DNA of 64,000 bases, taken from positions 6,657,835 to 6,721,834 of the forward strand of contig NC_092389.1 in NCBI RefSeq assembly GCF_030028105.1, given 5' to 3'. Origin of the DNA: Mobula birostris. Lineage: Eukaryota. A program made the translations under genes and the position numbers. Within the stretch, counting starts at the first letter, position 1. Each line of letters begins with the position of its first letter. Under the pieces are notes generated by a model, which saw nothing but the letters and a program-made list of their open reading frames with translations, did no database searches and was not told where the DNA came from. Positions 1 to 13,150 of this stretch are shown here, one piece after another.

Positions 1-278
1 TGCCTTCTTAACCACAGAGTCAACCTGCATAGCAGTTTTGAGTGTCCAATGGACTCAGACCCCAAGATCCCTCTGATCCTCCACACTGCCAAGAGTCTTA
101 CCATTAATACTATATTCTGGCATCATATTTGACCTACCAAAATGAACCACCTCACACTTATCTGGGTTGAAACCCATCTGCCATTTCTCAGCCCAGTTTT
201 GCATCCTATCAATGTCCCGCTGTAGCCTCTGACAGCCCTCCACACTATCCACAACACACCCAACTTTTGTGTCATCAA
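1..278 (-). mobile_element. CR1 (HER1-like) LINE reverse transcriptase fragment
   Basis: ORF 55..252: LQRDIDRMQNWAEKWQMGFNPDKCEVVHFG...RDLGV. Confidence 0.85.
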
Positions 279-777
279 AACCTACACAATATGACCAAAA
301 TTAGAGACTTTCATTCCCTAGGAACTTTGAACTGTAAAGACATTTTATTACTTAAACATAAAGGCAACAAAAATAAAGTTACTTCTGATTTATCTTCCAA
401 CTTAAATAAATTCACTGAAGAAACAAAATGACTGCATAAGTTGAACTTATTTACAGTGTTCATACTTAGGTTAGGGCAATAAGTCAGGACTTCAAATTTG
501 AATATATGAGCTTTTGTAAATCATCATGATTGTTCATTTTAAATAATTTAATAGAGGAAAGTAGAGGAAGGAATGAAAACCATGATAAATAGTAAAACAA
601 TGTAACTGGTACATTCTACAAATAAAAATTTACTCGAGAATCCTCAAAACAGAATACATTTCAACTTTTTTTCCAGTTAGCTTTTGGTATTTAAAAAGGA
701 TGTTAATACAAGGCAATAACTAGAGTAGCTGACAGCATATAGGTGTAGACTATTTTGTAAATATATTTACAAAATAT

Positions 778-2346
778 ATGACTCTCTGATGGTGGTGTCT
801 GAAAAGAGCATGCTGTCCAAGTTGCATGCCATCTTGGACAATGTCTCCCATCCACTACATAATGTACTCATGAGGAATTCTGCAGATGCTGGAAATTCAA
901 GCAACACACATCAAATTTGCTGGTGAATGCAGCAGGCCAGGCAGCATCTCTAGGAAGAGGTACAGTCGATGTTTTGGGCCGAGACCCTTCATCAGGACTA
1001 ACGGAAGGAAGAGCGAGTAAGAGATTTGAAAGTAGGAGGTAGAGGGGGCGATCCAAAATGATAGGAGAAGACAGGAGGGGGAGGGATGGAGCCAAGAGCT
1101 GGACAGTTGATTGGCAAAAGGGATACGAGAGGATCATGGGACAGGAGGCCCAGGAAGAAGGAAAAGGGGGAGGGGGAAAAAAACCCAGAGAATGGGCAAA
1201 GGGTATAGTCAGAGGGACAGAGGGAGAAAAAGGAGAGAGAGAGAGAGAAAGAATGTGTGTATATAAATAAATTACAGATGGGGTATGAGAGGGAGGTGGG
1301 GCATTAGCAGAAGTTAGAGAAGTCAATGTTCATGCCATCAGGTTGGAGGCTACCCAGACGGAATATAAGGTGTTGTTCCTCCAACCTGAGTGTGGCTTCA
1401 TCTTTACAGTAGAGGAGGCCGTGGATAGACATATCAGAATGGGAATGGGATGTGGAATTAAAATGTGTGGCCACTGGGAGATCCTGCTTTCTCTGGCGGA
1501 CAGAGCGTAGGTGTTCAGCGAAACGATCTCCCAGTCTGCGTCGGGTCTCACCAATATATAGAAGGCCACATCAGGAGCACCGGACGCAGTATATCACCCC
1601 AGCCGACTCACAGGTGAAGTGTCGCCTCACCTGGAAGGACTGTCTGGGGCCCTGAATGGTGGTAAGGGAGGAAGTGTAAGGGCATGTGTAGCACTTGTTC
1701 CGCTTACAAGGATAAGTGCCAGGAGGGAGATCAGTGGGGAGGGATCGGGGGATGAATGGACAAGGGAGTCGCGTAGGGAGCGATCACTGCAGAAAGCAGA
1801 GAGAGGGGGGAGGGAAAGATGTGCTTAGTGGTGGGATCCCGTTGGAGGTGGCGGAAGTTACGGAGAATAATATGTTGGACCCGGAGGCTGGTGGGGTGGT
1901 AGATGAGGACCAGGGGAACTCTATTCCTAGTGGGGTGGCGGGAGGATGGAGTGAGAGCAGGGTGTGCGTGAAATGGGGGAGATGTGTTTGAGAGCAGAAT
2001 TGATAGTGGAAGAAGGGAAACCCCTTTCTTTAAAAAAGGAGGACATCACACAATGTACTTGTTGGGCACAGGAATACATTCAGCCAGAGACTCATTCCAC
2101 CGAGATGCAACACAGAGTGTCATAGGAAGTCATTCCTGCCTGTGGCCATCAAACTTTACAACTCCTCCCTTGGAGAGTCAGACATCCTGAGCCAATAGGC
2201 TGGTCCTGGACGTATTTCCTGGCATAATTTACATATTACTATTTAATTATTTATGGTTTTATTACTATTTAATTATTTATGGTGCAACTGTAACGAAAAC
2301 CAATTTCCCCCGGGATCAATAAAGTATGACTATGACTATGACTATG
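778..2346 (+). mobile_element. Rex1/Babar-type LINE 3' fragment with (TATGAC)n tail, split by a Penelope insertion
   Basis: Reading ..ILDNVSHPLHNVL|VGHRNTFSQRLIPPRC..KSFLPVAIKLYN resumes after the insert. A second copy lies at ~24478-24788. Confidence 0.7.
869..2051 (-). mobile_element. Penelope-like element, 3' part (GIY-YIG endonuclease plus terminal repeat)
   Basis: The minus strand encodes VIYCVRCS*CGLLYIGETRRRLGDRFAEH...VATHFN...LRLEEQHLIFRLGSLQPDGMN. Flanked by an AATGTACT duplication (861-868 / 2052-2059). Confidence 0.85.
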
Positions 2347-3060
2347 TAAATGGGGAGTAAATTCAGAAATCAGAGGTGCAATGGGATTTGGGAGTCCTAG
2401 TACAGTATTTCCTAAAGGTTAACTTCCAGTTTTGAGTGTTAACAAAGGCAAAAGCAATGTTATCATTCATTTTGAGAAAACTGGGATATAAAAGCAAGGA
2501 TGTAATGCTGAGGCTTTATACGGCATTGATCAGACCACACTTGGAGAATTGTAAGCAGTTTTGGGCCCTTTGTTCATGAGGATGACCCCAGGAATGAAAG
2601 GGTTAATGTGTGAGGAGTGTTTGAGAATTCTGGGCCTGAACTCACTGTATTTCAGAACAATATGGGTTTGGGGATCTTACTGAAACCTTTCAAATATTGA
2701 AAGGTCTAGATAGAGTGAATGTACAGAGGATGTTTCCTGTAGTAGGGGAGTCTAGAAACAGAGGGCGCAGACTCTCTCATTACAGGAAACATACAAGGGC
2801 ATCCCTTAGAACAAAGATAAGGAGATACTTCTTCAGCCAGCGGGTGGTGAATCTGTGGAATTCATTGCCACAGGCAGCTGTCGTTGGGTTTACTTAAAGT
2901 GGAGGCTGACAGGTTATTGGGTAGTAAGGATGTCTAAAGTTGCGGGGAGACGGCAGAAGAATAGATTTGAGAGCAAAAATAATGCAGACGTTCTCAAATG
3001 GCAGACCAGACTCGATGGGCTGAATGGCCTAACTTGCTCCTATGTCTGATGGTATTATGG
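2346..3060 (+). mobile_element. Degenerate CR1 LINE 3' fragment
   Basis: Encodes FFSQRVVNLWNSLPQ and ends in a CR1-type 3' UTR hairpin. Confidence 0.8.
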
Positions 3061-3275
3061 CACAGCAGATCTCTCAAACAGCAATGTCTCAGGGAATCTT
3101 AAGGATCACCATCACCCAGGACGTGCTACCATCAGGGAGGAGGTAAAGGAGCCTGAAGGCACACACTCAGTGTTTCAGGAACAGCTTCTTCCCCTCTGCC
3201 ATCCCATTTCTGAATGGACATTGAACCCTTGGACACTTCCTCTGTTTTTCCCCTCTCTTTTTTTTAACTACTTAT

Positions 3276-3280
<5 letters not shown>

Positions 3281-3306
<26 letters not shown>
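3281..3306. repeat. (TA)n microsatellite
   Basis: Read directly from the sequence. Confidence 0.9.
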
Positions 3307-4574
3307 CTTATTGTGATTTACAGTTTTTATTATCATGTATCGCAATGTACTGCTGTCACAAAACAACAAATTTCATTACATATGCTAGTGATATTAAACC
3401 TGATTTTGACTCTGATTCAAAAATACAGATGCTGAAAATAAATTAAAGCAAAACACAAATGCTGGAAATACTGAGTAGGTTAGATACCATTTGTGCAAAA
3501 AGAAACAGTTGGCAATTGTTGTTAAGGGCCATAAACCACGACATTTTTGAAGAAAGGTCTCCAGCCTGAATTTGTTTGGGTCAGAGAAAATAGAGCAGAA
3601 GTGAAAGCGACATAAGAGATTGCAGATTCTGGAATCTGGAGCAACATACAAGAAGCTAGAAGATCTTAGCAGGTCAGACAGGGAAATGTGGAGGTTATGG
3701 ACAATTGATGCTTTGGTCAAGACCATCTCAATCTGAAAGATCGACTGTCTATTTCCTTTCATAGATGCTGCCTGACCTGCTGAGTTCCTCCGGTATCTTC
3801 TGGTTGCAATAGCAGTGAAAAGTTATTCTTTAGGCTGAGGGGAAATGAACAGCAGTCTCTGGGCATATGTACTGGGCCACTGCATGTTTTTTTTTTCTTT
3901 CCACACCCACTGAGTTCTTCCAGTATTTTCTGTTTTTATTTGTAGAAAGCACCTGCAATTTTATCTTCAGTCTGCTGTTTCGAGAAGCTGGCTGAGGACT
4001 AGCTACAACAAAATTGCAGAATGAAAGAGCATTCCGCATGTTTGTACCAGTTCCGAGTAAAAGCCATCTAGTGTAGCAGTTCACCACACAGTCCTGCAAC
4101 TTATTTTTTATACCAAGCTTCCAAACGCATTTTCTTCCATGGTGAAGACTAATATAAATTATTCAGTTAGAAACCAAAGTCATGTTCTCTGCTTCTGACC
4201 ATCTGTACCCCACCTCTTACAGTTCTTTTTCTTTTCACACCCAGAGAGAATATTTTTCAATTCAGATTTATCCTTGCTGGCAGTTTAATTTTTGCATTAA
4301 AAAGCAAACTGCTGGAGGGGCTTAGTGGGTCGAGCAGCATCTGTGGGGAGAAAGGAAATGCCAACATTTCAGGATGAGACCCTGCTGCAATGTTGCATCT
4401 GGAAATGTAGACAATTCCTTTCCTCCCACAGATCTTGCTCGAACTGCTGAGTTTCTCCAGCTGTTAGTTTTATGCTCCAGATTCTGGCAGCTGCAGGCTT
4501 TTGGTCATTTTATCATTTGTCTGTCTTGTTTCACGTTTTCACTTCCCTTCTGAACTTTTGTAATCACTGAAGTT

Positions 4575-6300
4575 AACAATCAGCAGACCTCAGACTGTCA
4601 GGATGCACAACTGCTCCTCCCCTCCTTATTATCATCAACACAGGTGCCCCTAGGGCTGTGTGTTGGGCCCACTGCTGTACACTCTGCTCTCACATGATTT
4701 ACGGCAAACAACCAAGAGATTACATCATTCAATTTGCTGATGACACAACAGTGGCGGGGTTCATCACCAATAACGATGTAGCGGCCTACAGAAAGGAGGT
4801 GGAAGAGCTCGAGGCCTGGTGCCAGGGAAATAACCTCTGCCTCAATGTCAACAAGACAAGGGAGATCTTTATCGACTTCAGCAGAATTCGTACTACTCTG
4901 TTGGATATGTGGTTTATAACCAAGGAAAGAAACGGCTGGAGTTGCTTAGCACTATAGTGCAAGGATGTTCATTAAAAAATCAAATTTACAAAAATTAGCA
5001 AAAATAGTGAAAAGCAAACTGCCAATATTACAAAGTGATACCTACCAGAAAACACAGTGATAGCTCTATACTATTTGTCCAATGTGAAGTCCTTGCAGCC
5101 TGATCTCTCTCTCTCTCTCTCTCACACACACATTCCTATTAAGGGTGAAGAACCCCATATTGATTAGTAACCAGGACATATCATCGTTAATTGCTAACAA
5201 AGTTAACTTAAAACTGCACGTGAATACGAATATGATGTACCCTCCATGTAGTTACAATCATATTACAAAATAAACAGAAGTATCGACCTTAGTATACCAC
5301 AGTATACAAACAATATATACACATATACACATCCCCATTACTAAAGAAATGAAACATTCCACTGAGTATGGAGGGAAAGTCTCCAAAAAGCCAGCTCGAG
5401 CGCATCAGCTTGGTTTAAAATCCATTTTGAGAATATATCGGGGGAAGACATTGAAGTTGGCACACTCAGCGCAATGACACAGAATGAAAGATAATGCCTG
5501 TATGTGTGTAAACGCACATAGGTAAGGAGTGCATTTACCGAGTGCTCTCCGTCACACACTCACACTCCCCTCTACACTAGCAGCACAGTGGTGGGAACTG
5601 CGGGCAGTTTCAAACTCCTGGGAGTCTACATCTCACACAGTCTCTCACGGGCCCAGAACACATCCAACACAATCAAGAAAGCTCACCCACGCCTCTATTT
5701 TCTGAGGAGGCTGAAGAGAGGTGGACTAGGCAAACCTACACTCACATCACTCGACAGATGCGCAGTAGAGAGCATCCTAACAAGCTGCATCACTGCATGG
5801 TACGGAAACTGCACTGCGGCGGACAGGAAGGCTCCACAATGGGTAGTCAAAACTGCCTAATGCTTTCCCAGCACTAGACTACCCACCATCAAGGACATAT
5901 CTTGAGACAGGTGCTGGGGAAAGGCCAGCAATATCATGAAGGATCCCACCCGCCGTGGACTGTTTGTCCCACTCCTATCAGGGAAGCGGCTATGTAGCAC
6001 CCACACCAGACTTAAAAATAGTGACGTCCCCCAAGCCATTGGGCTGATCAATACCCCCAACTATTAACCCACCCCTCCACATCCCCACCACCATTACTTT
6101 ATCATTTCCTGTCAGTCACCTTACGTACAGGCACTCCTGTGCCTAGTGGCACTTTATAGACATGCAATCAGTCTCTGTATGTATAAGCTATATTATGTAT
6201 TTTTATCTATCGTGCGTGTTTTTATTGTGTCTGAATCTTACTGTGTTTTTTGTGCTGCATCAGATTCAGAGTAACAATTATTTCATTCTCCTTTACGTTT
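4575..6300 (+). mobile_element. Degenerate Rex1/Babar LINE reverse transcriptase fragment interrupted by an LTR-like insert
   Basis: Encodes [29 protein letters not shown] and ESILTSCITAWYGNCT. Confidence 0.8.
4899..5556. mobile_element. LTR-like insertion (TG...CA)
   Basis: Starts TGTTGG and ends GTCACA, with flanks TACTC/CACTC (imperfect 5-bp TSD). The host LINE reading resumes afterwards. Confidence 0.5.
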
Positions 6301-6449
6301 CCTCTACATTACCAGAAATTACTTTAATCATTAAACTACCTTGATGCAAGCATTCTCTATCTCCTTTGTCATTTATGACATTCTGGCTTTACTTTCCTGA
6401 AGCTTCTTACTCATGTGAACATACCTGGACTAATAGGGGAAAAGTCCCA

Positions 6450-9400
6450 GTTTGAAAGATGTACTGATGGACTGTTTATTGTCGCTGGAGATTTTAACTA
6501 CACGAACCTTAAGTCAGTCCTCCCCAGATTCCATCAGAATGTGGACTTTGCAGCGAGAGGGGAGAACGCGTTGGACCTTGTTTCCACAAACATTCCCGAC
6601 GCGTACAGGGCGGAATCCCACCCCCACCTCAGTTACTCAGACCACATCTCTGTTATGCTAATCCCAGCATACAGACTGCTCGTCAGACGCTCCAGACCAG
6701 TTCAAAAGCAGGTGAAAACCTGGCCAGCAGGAGCCGTCTCTGCTCTTCAAGACTGCTTTGAGCACACTGACTGGCACATGTTCAGGGAGGCTGCAACCGA
6801 AGGCGACTCTACCAACTTAGAGGAGTACATGGCACCAGTGACTAGCTACATCAGGAAGTGCATTGATGACACCACTGTGTCCAAGACCATCACTACGCGC
6901 GCTAACCAGAAGCCAGATTCGTGTGCTGCTGAGGGACACCATGGCCGACATGCAGGACGGGGGGGTGGACGCCTGCCTGGTCAGCTTGGACCAGGAGAAA
7001 GCCCTCGACAGGGTATCGCACACGTACATGGTGGATGTGCTCTCCAAAATGGGATTTAGGGAGGGAATCCGGAATTGGATCAGACTGCTCTGCACAGACA
7101 TCCGTAGTGCAGTCCAGGTCAACGGGTGAGAAACAGTCAGCATCCCCATCAGGGCTGTCCCCTCTCCCCTGTCTTGTTTGTCTGCTGCATAGAGCCCTTT
7201 GCCGAAGCCATCAGGAAGGATGAGGGCATAAGAGGGGTGACGCTGCCAGGCAGTGGAGAGACCCAAGTGAAAACTTCCCTGTACATGGACGACGTCACCG
7301 TCTTCTGCTCTGATCCGAGGTCAGTTCGCAGGTTGATTGGCATCTGCAAACAGTTCGAGCTAGCGTCGGGGGTCAGAGTCAACCGCACGAAGAGCGAAGC
7401 CATGCTCTTCGGCAACTGGCCCTACCGATCCAGCGTCCCCTTCGCCATCAGGTCTGATCACGTGAAGGTGTTGGGGATCTGGTTCGGAGGGGCCCAGGCG
7501 TGCAACAGGAACTGGCAGGAGCGGACTGCCAAGGTGAAACAGAAACTGGGACTGTAGGGAGGGCGCTCCCTGTCGATAACGGGCAAGAACCTGGTCATCA
7601 GGTGTGAGGTGCTCTCAGGGCTGCTGTACTTGGCGCAGGTGTGGCCTGTCCCCCGCTCCTACAGCTCGAAAATCACCCGAGCTGTCTTCAGATTCGTCTG
7701 GGGATCCAAGATGGAGTGGGTGAGATGGACCATCATGCACAAGTCCCTGGACAACGGGGGCAAGAACGTCCTCAATGTCGCCCTCACCCTGATGGCCAGC
7801 TTCGTATGTGGCTGCATCAGGTTGTGTGTAGAACCCAGGTATGTGGGCACCAAGTACCACTATGTGCCCAGGTTCTACCTGTCGGCCTGGCTACGAAGGA
7901 TGGGTCTGGCCCCACTCCCGCGCAACGCCCCAGTCAGCTGGTCGTTGCCGGCATACCTGTCCTACGTAGCAAAGTTCTTCCAGGAGAACGCCTTTTACCA
8001 CAGGGCCATCAGGCAGTGGTCGGCACGTAATGTCCTGCAGGCACTGCAGGAGAAGGATGTGATGGACACAGTGGGGTGGTTCCCCGAGCAGACCATCCAG
8101 TTCATCTGGCAAAGTGCCTCATCGCCAGACCTCACCAACAGGCACCATGACCTCGCCTGGCTGGCGGTGAGAGGGGCCCTCCCAGTCAGAGCCCTCCTGT
8201 ACGCCCGGAACATCGTCTCCGCACCCCACTGCCCACGGGAGGACTGCAGTGAGGAGGAGTCTGTGACCCACCTCTTTGAACGCTGTCAGTTCGCAAGGAG
8301 GGTGTGGAGGAGGATGGACGGGCTAGTGTCACGTTTTATCCCCAGCAACTGCGTAACAGAGGACTCTCTGATCTACGGGCTGTTCCCAGGGACGCACACG
8401 AAACTTGATGATCTACCAGCACATGGAGGTGTCTGTGGGAGAATGCTGCCGACTGGCACATTCTCGGCTGCAGGAGTACGTGCTGAGGGACGCACTGAAA
8501 CTCGGTGCAGCCACTGCAAGGGCACGGTGGGGAAGGACCACGGTTTAGGGTTCTTCTCCCGCGGGAGAGGGTGGGGTCGGGTGGCAGGGAGTATCCCCCT
8601 CAACAATGGTGTGGGAAGGTGAACCGATGGAGTGCCACGTGGGTGGCCAAAACTGTGTATATGTATAGACCGCAATGGAAACATCTGTAAAGGATTGACA
8701 GACATTGAATGGTTTACTGTACATAATTTTATTTTTGAATGGTATATTTTGGTGAAAAAAACAGAAGCCATGGATGACCGCGGAGGTGCGTGCGCTGCTG
8801 AGGACCCATGACTCCACCTTCAGAGCAGGCGATAAGGCAGCCCTAACAACAGCGAGGGCCAAACTGTCCCGGGCCATCAGAGAGGCAAAGTGTGCACACG
8901 CCCAGCGAATCCACAGCCACTTCCAGGACAGCGGCAACACGTGGCGCATGTGGAAGGGCATTCAGGACATCACCAACTACAAGACAACACCACCTGCCTG
9001 TACTGGTGATGCCTCCCTCCCAGATGCATTGAATAACTTCTACGCTCGTTTTGAGGTGGAAAATGACGTGGCGGCGAGGAAGACCACCCCTCCTCCAAAT
9101 GACCAGGTGCTGTGTCTTACCGTGGCCAATGTGAGGAGAACCCTGTGCAGGGTCAACCCACGGAAGGCTGCTGGACCAGACAATATTCCTGGCAGAGTGC
9201 TTAGAGGATGTGCAGACCAGCTAGCAGAGATTCTCACTAACATCTTCAACATCTCCCTGAGCAGCGCCGTCGTTCCTATGTGCTTCAAGGCCGCCACCAT
9301 CGTGCCCGTGCCGAAGAAGTCTTCAGTGTCCTGCCTCAACGACTACTGTCCCATTGCACTCACATCCATCATCATGAAGTGTTTCGAGAGGCTCGTTATG

Positions 9401-10342
9401 AGGCACATCAAGACCCTGCTGCCCCCCTCACTGGACCCCTGCAGTTCGCGTACCGTCCCAACCGTTCAACAGACGACGCCATTGCCATCACCCTCCACCT
9501 GGCCCTAACCCACCTGGACAAAAAAGACACGTATGTTCGAATGCTGTTAATAGACTTCAGTTCAGCATTCAACACAATCATTCCTCAGAAACTGATTGGA
9601 AAGCTGAGCGTACTGGGCCTGAACACCTCCCTCTGCAACTGGATCCTAGACTTCCTGACTGGAAGACCTCAGTCAGTCCGGATCGGGAGCAGCATCTCCA
9701 ACACCATCACACTGAGCACGGGGGCCCCCCAGGGCTGTGTGCTCAGTCCACTGCTGTTCACTCTGCTGACCCACGACTGTGCTGCAACACACAGCTCGAA
9801 CCACATCATCAAGTTCGCCGATGACACGACCATGGTGGGTCTCATCAGCAAGACCGATGAGTCAGCATACAGAGAGGAGGTGCAGCAGCTAACGGACTGG
9901 TGCAGAGCCAACAATCTGTCTCTGAATGTGAATAAAACAAAAGAGATGGTTGTTGACTTCAGGAGGACACGGAACGACCACTCAACACTGAACATCGACG
10001 ACTCTTCCGTAGAGATCGTTAAGAGCATCAAATTTCTTGGGGTTCACCTGGCGGAGAATCTCACCTGGTCCCTCAACACCAGCTCCATAGCAAAGAAAGT
10101 CCAGCAGCGTCTCTACTTTCTGCGAAGGCTGAGAAAAGTACATCTCCCACCCACCATCCTCACCACATTCTACAGAGGTTGTATTGAGAGCATCCTGAGC
10201 AGCTGCATCACTGCCTGGTTCGGAAATTGCACCATCTCGGATCGCAAGACCCTGCAGCGGATAGTGAGGTCAGCTGAGAAGACCATCGGGGTCTCTCTTC
10301 CCGCCATTAGAGACATTTACACCACACGCTGCGTCCGCAAAG
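6450..10342 (+). mobile_element. Near-intact Rex1/Babar-clade LINE ORF (endonuclease C-terminus plus reverse transcriptase), interrupted by Tx1
   Basis: Encodes [47 protein letters not shown] and KFADDTT. One frameshift near 9436. Confidence 0.9.
6916..8761 (+). mobile_element. 5'-truncated Tx1/L1-clade LINE
   Basis: Encodes [26 protein letters not shown] and a C-terminal CPREDC..ESVTHLFERC zinc motif. Ends in a short A tail. 9-bp TSD CAGAAGCCA at 6907-6915 and 8762-8770. Confidence 0.9.
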
Positions 10343-10359
10343 CAAGGATACGGCCCAGT

Positions 10360-10842
10360 CCAGCATGGATAAAACTGTCGCAGGAAAGCAGCATCCATCA
10401 TCAGGGACCCCCACCATCCAGGCCATGCGCTCTCCTCATTTCTGCCATCAGGAAGAAGGTACAGGAGTCTCAGGACTTACACTTCCAGGTTCAGGAATAG
10501 TTATTACCCCTCAACCATCAGGTTTTTCAACCAAAAATGATAACTTCACTCAATTTCACTTGCCCCTTCATTGAAATGTTCCCACAACCTATGGACTCAC
10601 TTTGAAGGACTCTTTATCTCATGTTCTTGATATTTATTGCTTATTTATTTATTATTATTATTTTTGTACGTGCACAGTTTATTTTCTTCTGCACTCTGGT
10701 TGAAAGCCCAAGTTGGGTGGTCATTCTATTAAGGTTATTATTCTATAGATTTATTGAGTATGCCCACAAGAAAGTTAACTTCAGGGTTATATATGGTGAC
10801 ATATATATGCTTTGATAATAAAATTTACTTCGAACTTTGAAC
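10360..10842 (+). mobile_element. LINE-derived 3' end fragment with (ACTTTGA)-type tail
   Basis: Same HHP..LFS.LPSGRRY..FRNSYYP end and 'gataataaatttactttga' tail as copies at ~20880-21480, 34460-34815 and 53560-53870. Confidence 0.6.
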
Positions 10843-11094
10843 ATGAAAACATACCAATGTTTGGAATCTGATCTCTAAATCCACATTAAGATCCTGGAAA
10901 ACTGTTGGAGAAGATGAAATTTGACAATCATTCAACCGAAGTCAATGCTAAACTGCTGTTGAGGTTTGGCCATAAATTAAGTAGCTGCTCATATTGGGGA
11001 ATACAGCCAAATTATAGGAGGCACACAGGAGGAAAAAAGTTAAAATAGCATCAAGATTTGTGCCAATGAACCTTCTGACATCCGAAAGCAGAAT

Positions 11095-12003
11095 CTTTAG
11101 ATTTCTGTCCGAAAGTGTTTTAAGTAAGTATTTTGCATCAGTCTTCACTGTGGAAGACACTAGCAGCGTGCCATTTGTGAAGGGTGTAAGGGAAGAGAAG
11201 TGAGTACAGTTACTATGACAAGGGAGAAGGTGCTCAAAAAGCTGAAAGACCTAAAGGTACATAAGTCACCCGGACCAGATGAGCTGCCCCTTAGGGTTCT
11301 GAAAGGGATAGCGGTAGAGATTGAGGAAGCATTGGCAATGATCTTTCAAAAACCATTGGACTCGGGCATGGTGCCAGAGGACGGGAAAATTGCAAATATC
11401 TCTCCACTCTTTCAGAAAGGAGGAAGGCAGCAGAAAGGAAATTATAGACCAGTTTGCCTGATCTCAGTGGTTGGGAAGATGTTGAAGTCAATTGTTAAGG
11501 ATGAGGTTATGGAGTACTTGGTGATACAGGACAAGATAGTACAAAGTCAGCATGGTTTCCTTCAGGGAAAATCTTGCCTGACGAACCTGTTGGAATTCTT
11601 TGAGGAGATTACAAGTAGGATGGATAAAGGGGTTGCAGTGGATGTTATATATTTGGCCTTTGACAAGGTGCCACACATGAGGCTGTTTACCAAGTTAAGA
11701 GCCCATGCTATTACAGGAAAGTTACTGGCATGGTTAGAGCATTGGCTAATTGGTAGGAGGCAGCGAGTGGGAATAAAAGGATCCTTTTCTGGTTGGTTAC
11801 CAGTGACTAGTGGTGTTCCACAGGGGTTGGTATTGGAACCACTTTTTTATGCTGTATATCAATGATTTAGTAGATAGAATTGATGGCTTTGTTGCCGAGT
11901 TTGCAGATGATATGAAGATTGGTGGAGGGGCAGGTAGTGTTGAGGAAACAGGTAGGCTGCAGAAGGACTTAGACAGATTAGGAGAATAGGCAAGAGAGTG
12001 GCA
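11095..12003 (+). mobile_element. CR1 LINE reverse transcriptase fragment
   Basis: ORF 11200..11865: KSPGPD, GNYRPV, SQHGF, SCLTNLLEFFEE, SGVPQG. Confidence 0.9.
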
Positions 12004-12016
12004 AAGTTGGAAAAGG

Positions 12017-12325
12017 GCATAACAGTCTCTAGAGTTTACAGAGAATGGTGCAAAAACAAAATAAAAGTCAGAGAATGACAGTTCTGTAGTTGAAAATGCT
12101 TTGTTAATGAGGGAGGTCAAGGGAGAATGGCCAGACTGGTTCAAGTTGACAGGAAGGTGACAGTAATTCAAATAACCACATGTTACAACAGGAGAGCACC
12201 TCTGAATACCCAACATGTTGAATCTTGAAGTGGATGGGCTACAGCCACAGAAGACCACAATCATACACTCAGTGGCCACTTTATTAGGTACAGGAGACAC
12301 CTAATAAAGTGGTCACTAAATGTAT
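12017..12325 (+). mobile_element. Non-autonomous Tc1-like element, right part
   Basis: Homologous to 27254-27773. Ends in the terminal inverted repeat (TIR) ctaataaagtggtcact. Confidence 0.75.
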
Positions 12326-12834
12326 ATAAGCATAACAAGATAAAGCTTATATTTGTACAAAAAGTAGGGTAGAGATACTGTATGATTTTGGATGTAATTG
12401 ATATGCCCAATCAGTTTCCTGTCATTAAAATAAAAGATACTAACTTATGGTATGGCTACGTTGCTATGTCATTGCAGTTGTAACACAATTTACAGAACTT
12501 TCTAAGAAAAATTAAACAATAATTTTATTGCAATATATGATAGGCTCAGGGCCATTATTCAGAATATTAGACAAGTTGAACTTTATTATTGTATTATTAT
12601 TTTGCTTTAAGTCAAGGTAAAGCATGGTTCTGCTGTTGTACTCTCTGGCTTTTATCATCCCCCTATGGACCTATTATGAAACTCAGCTATAGAAAGTGAA
12701 GGCCTCAGTAGCCAAAGTCAGACAGAACTTTTTACCAAATCCAGAAGTTGTTCAAAAGTAAGTTCTCCAGATGGGACTTGACCTGGGGTCTCCAGATCAC
12801 TCCAACACAGTGATTACCGGAACCATGATTCAGA

Positions 12835-13150
12835 GCAGCAGAGCGGTGCAGCTGGTAGAGCCGCTGTCTCAGGGCTTCACCAGCTTAGCTTCAGTCCAGA
12901 TCTCTGGTGCTTCTCATCTGGAGTATGCACATTCTCCCTGTGACTGTTTTGGGAATGTTCTGGGTCCCCTGGCTTACTTCAACATCAACATCCGTGGACC
13001 GGAAGATTAATTGGCTACTGTACATTGTCCATCATATGTGGGTGGTAGAATCCGAGGAAACTAGAAAAAATATGGGGAGAACAAAATGTGATTAAGGTGC
13101 TTAACATTTGACGCCAATCTAGTTGACTAAAGGGCCTATTTCTGTGCTGA
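12835..13150 (+). mobile_element. Degenerate V-SINE (HE1-like)
   Basis: tRNA-like head, weak V-domain and a CR1-like tail (aagggcctatttctgtgctg). Confidence 0.5.

Noticed and set aside
868-1991. Several overlapping ORFs of 67-152 aa
   Set aside because: They are alternative-frame or antisense readings of the Penelope fragment and its low-complexity linker, not host genes.
3830-4140. Possible first exon of an upstream minus-strand gene such as USP28
   Set aside because: None of the frames I read gave a recognisable peptide, and the ATG near 4140 hits a stop after 10 codons.
6415-7059. 214-aa ORF that looks like a novel chimeric protein
   Set aside because: It is Rex1/Babar endonuclease sequence reading out of frame into the inserted Tx1 element.
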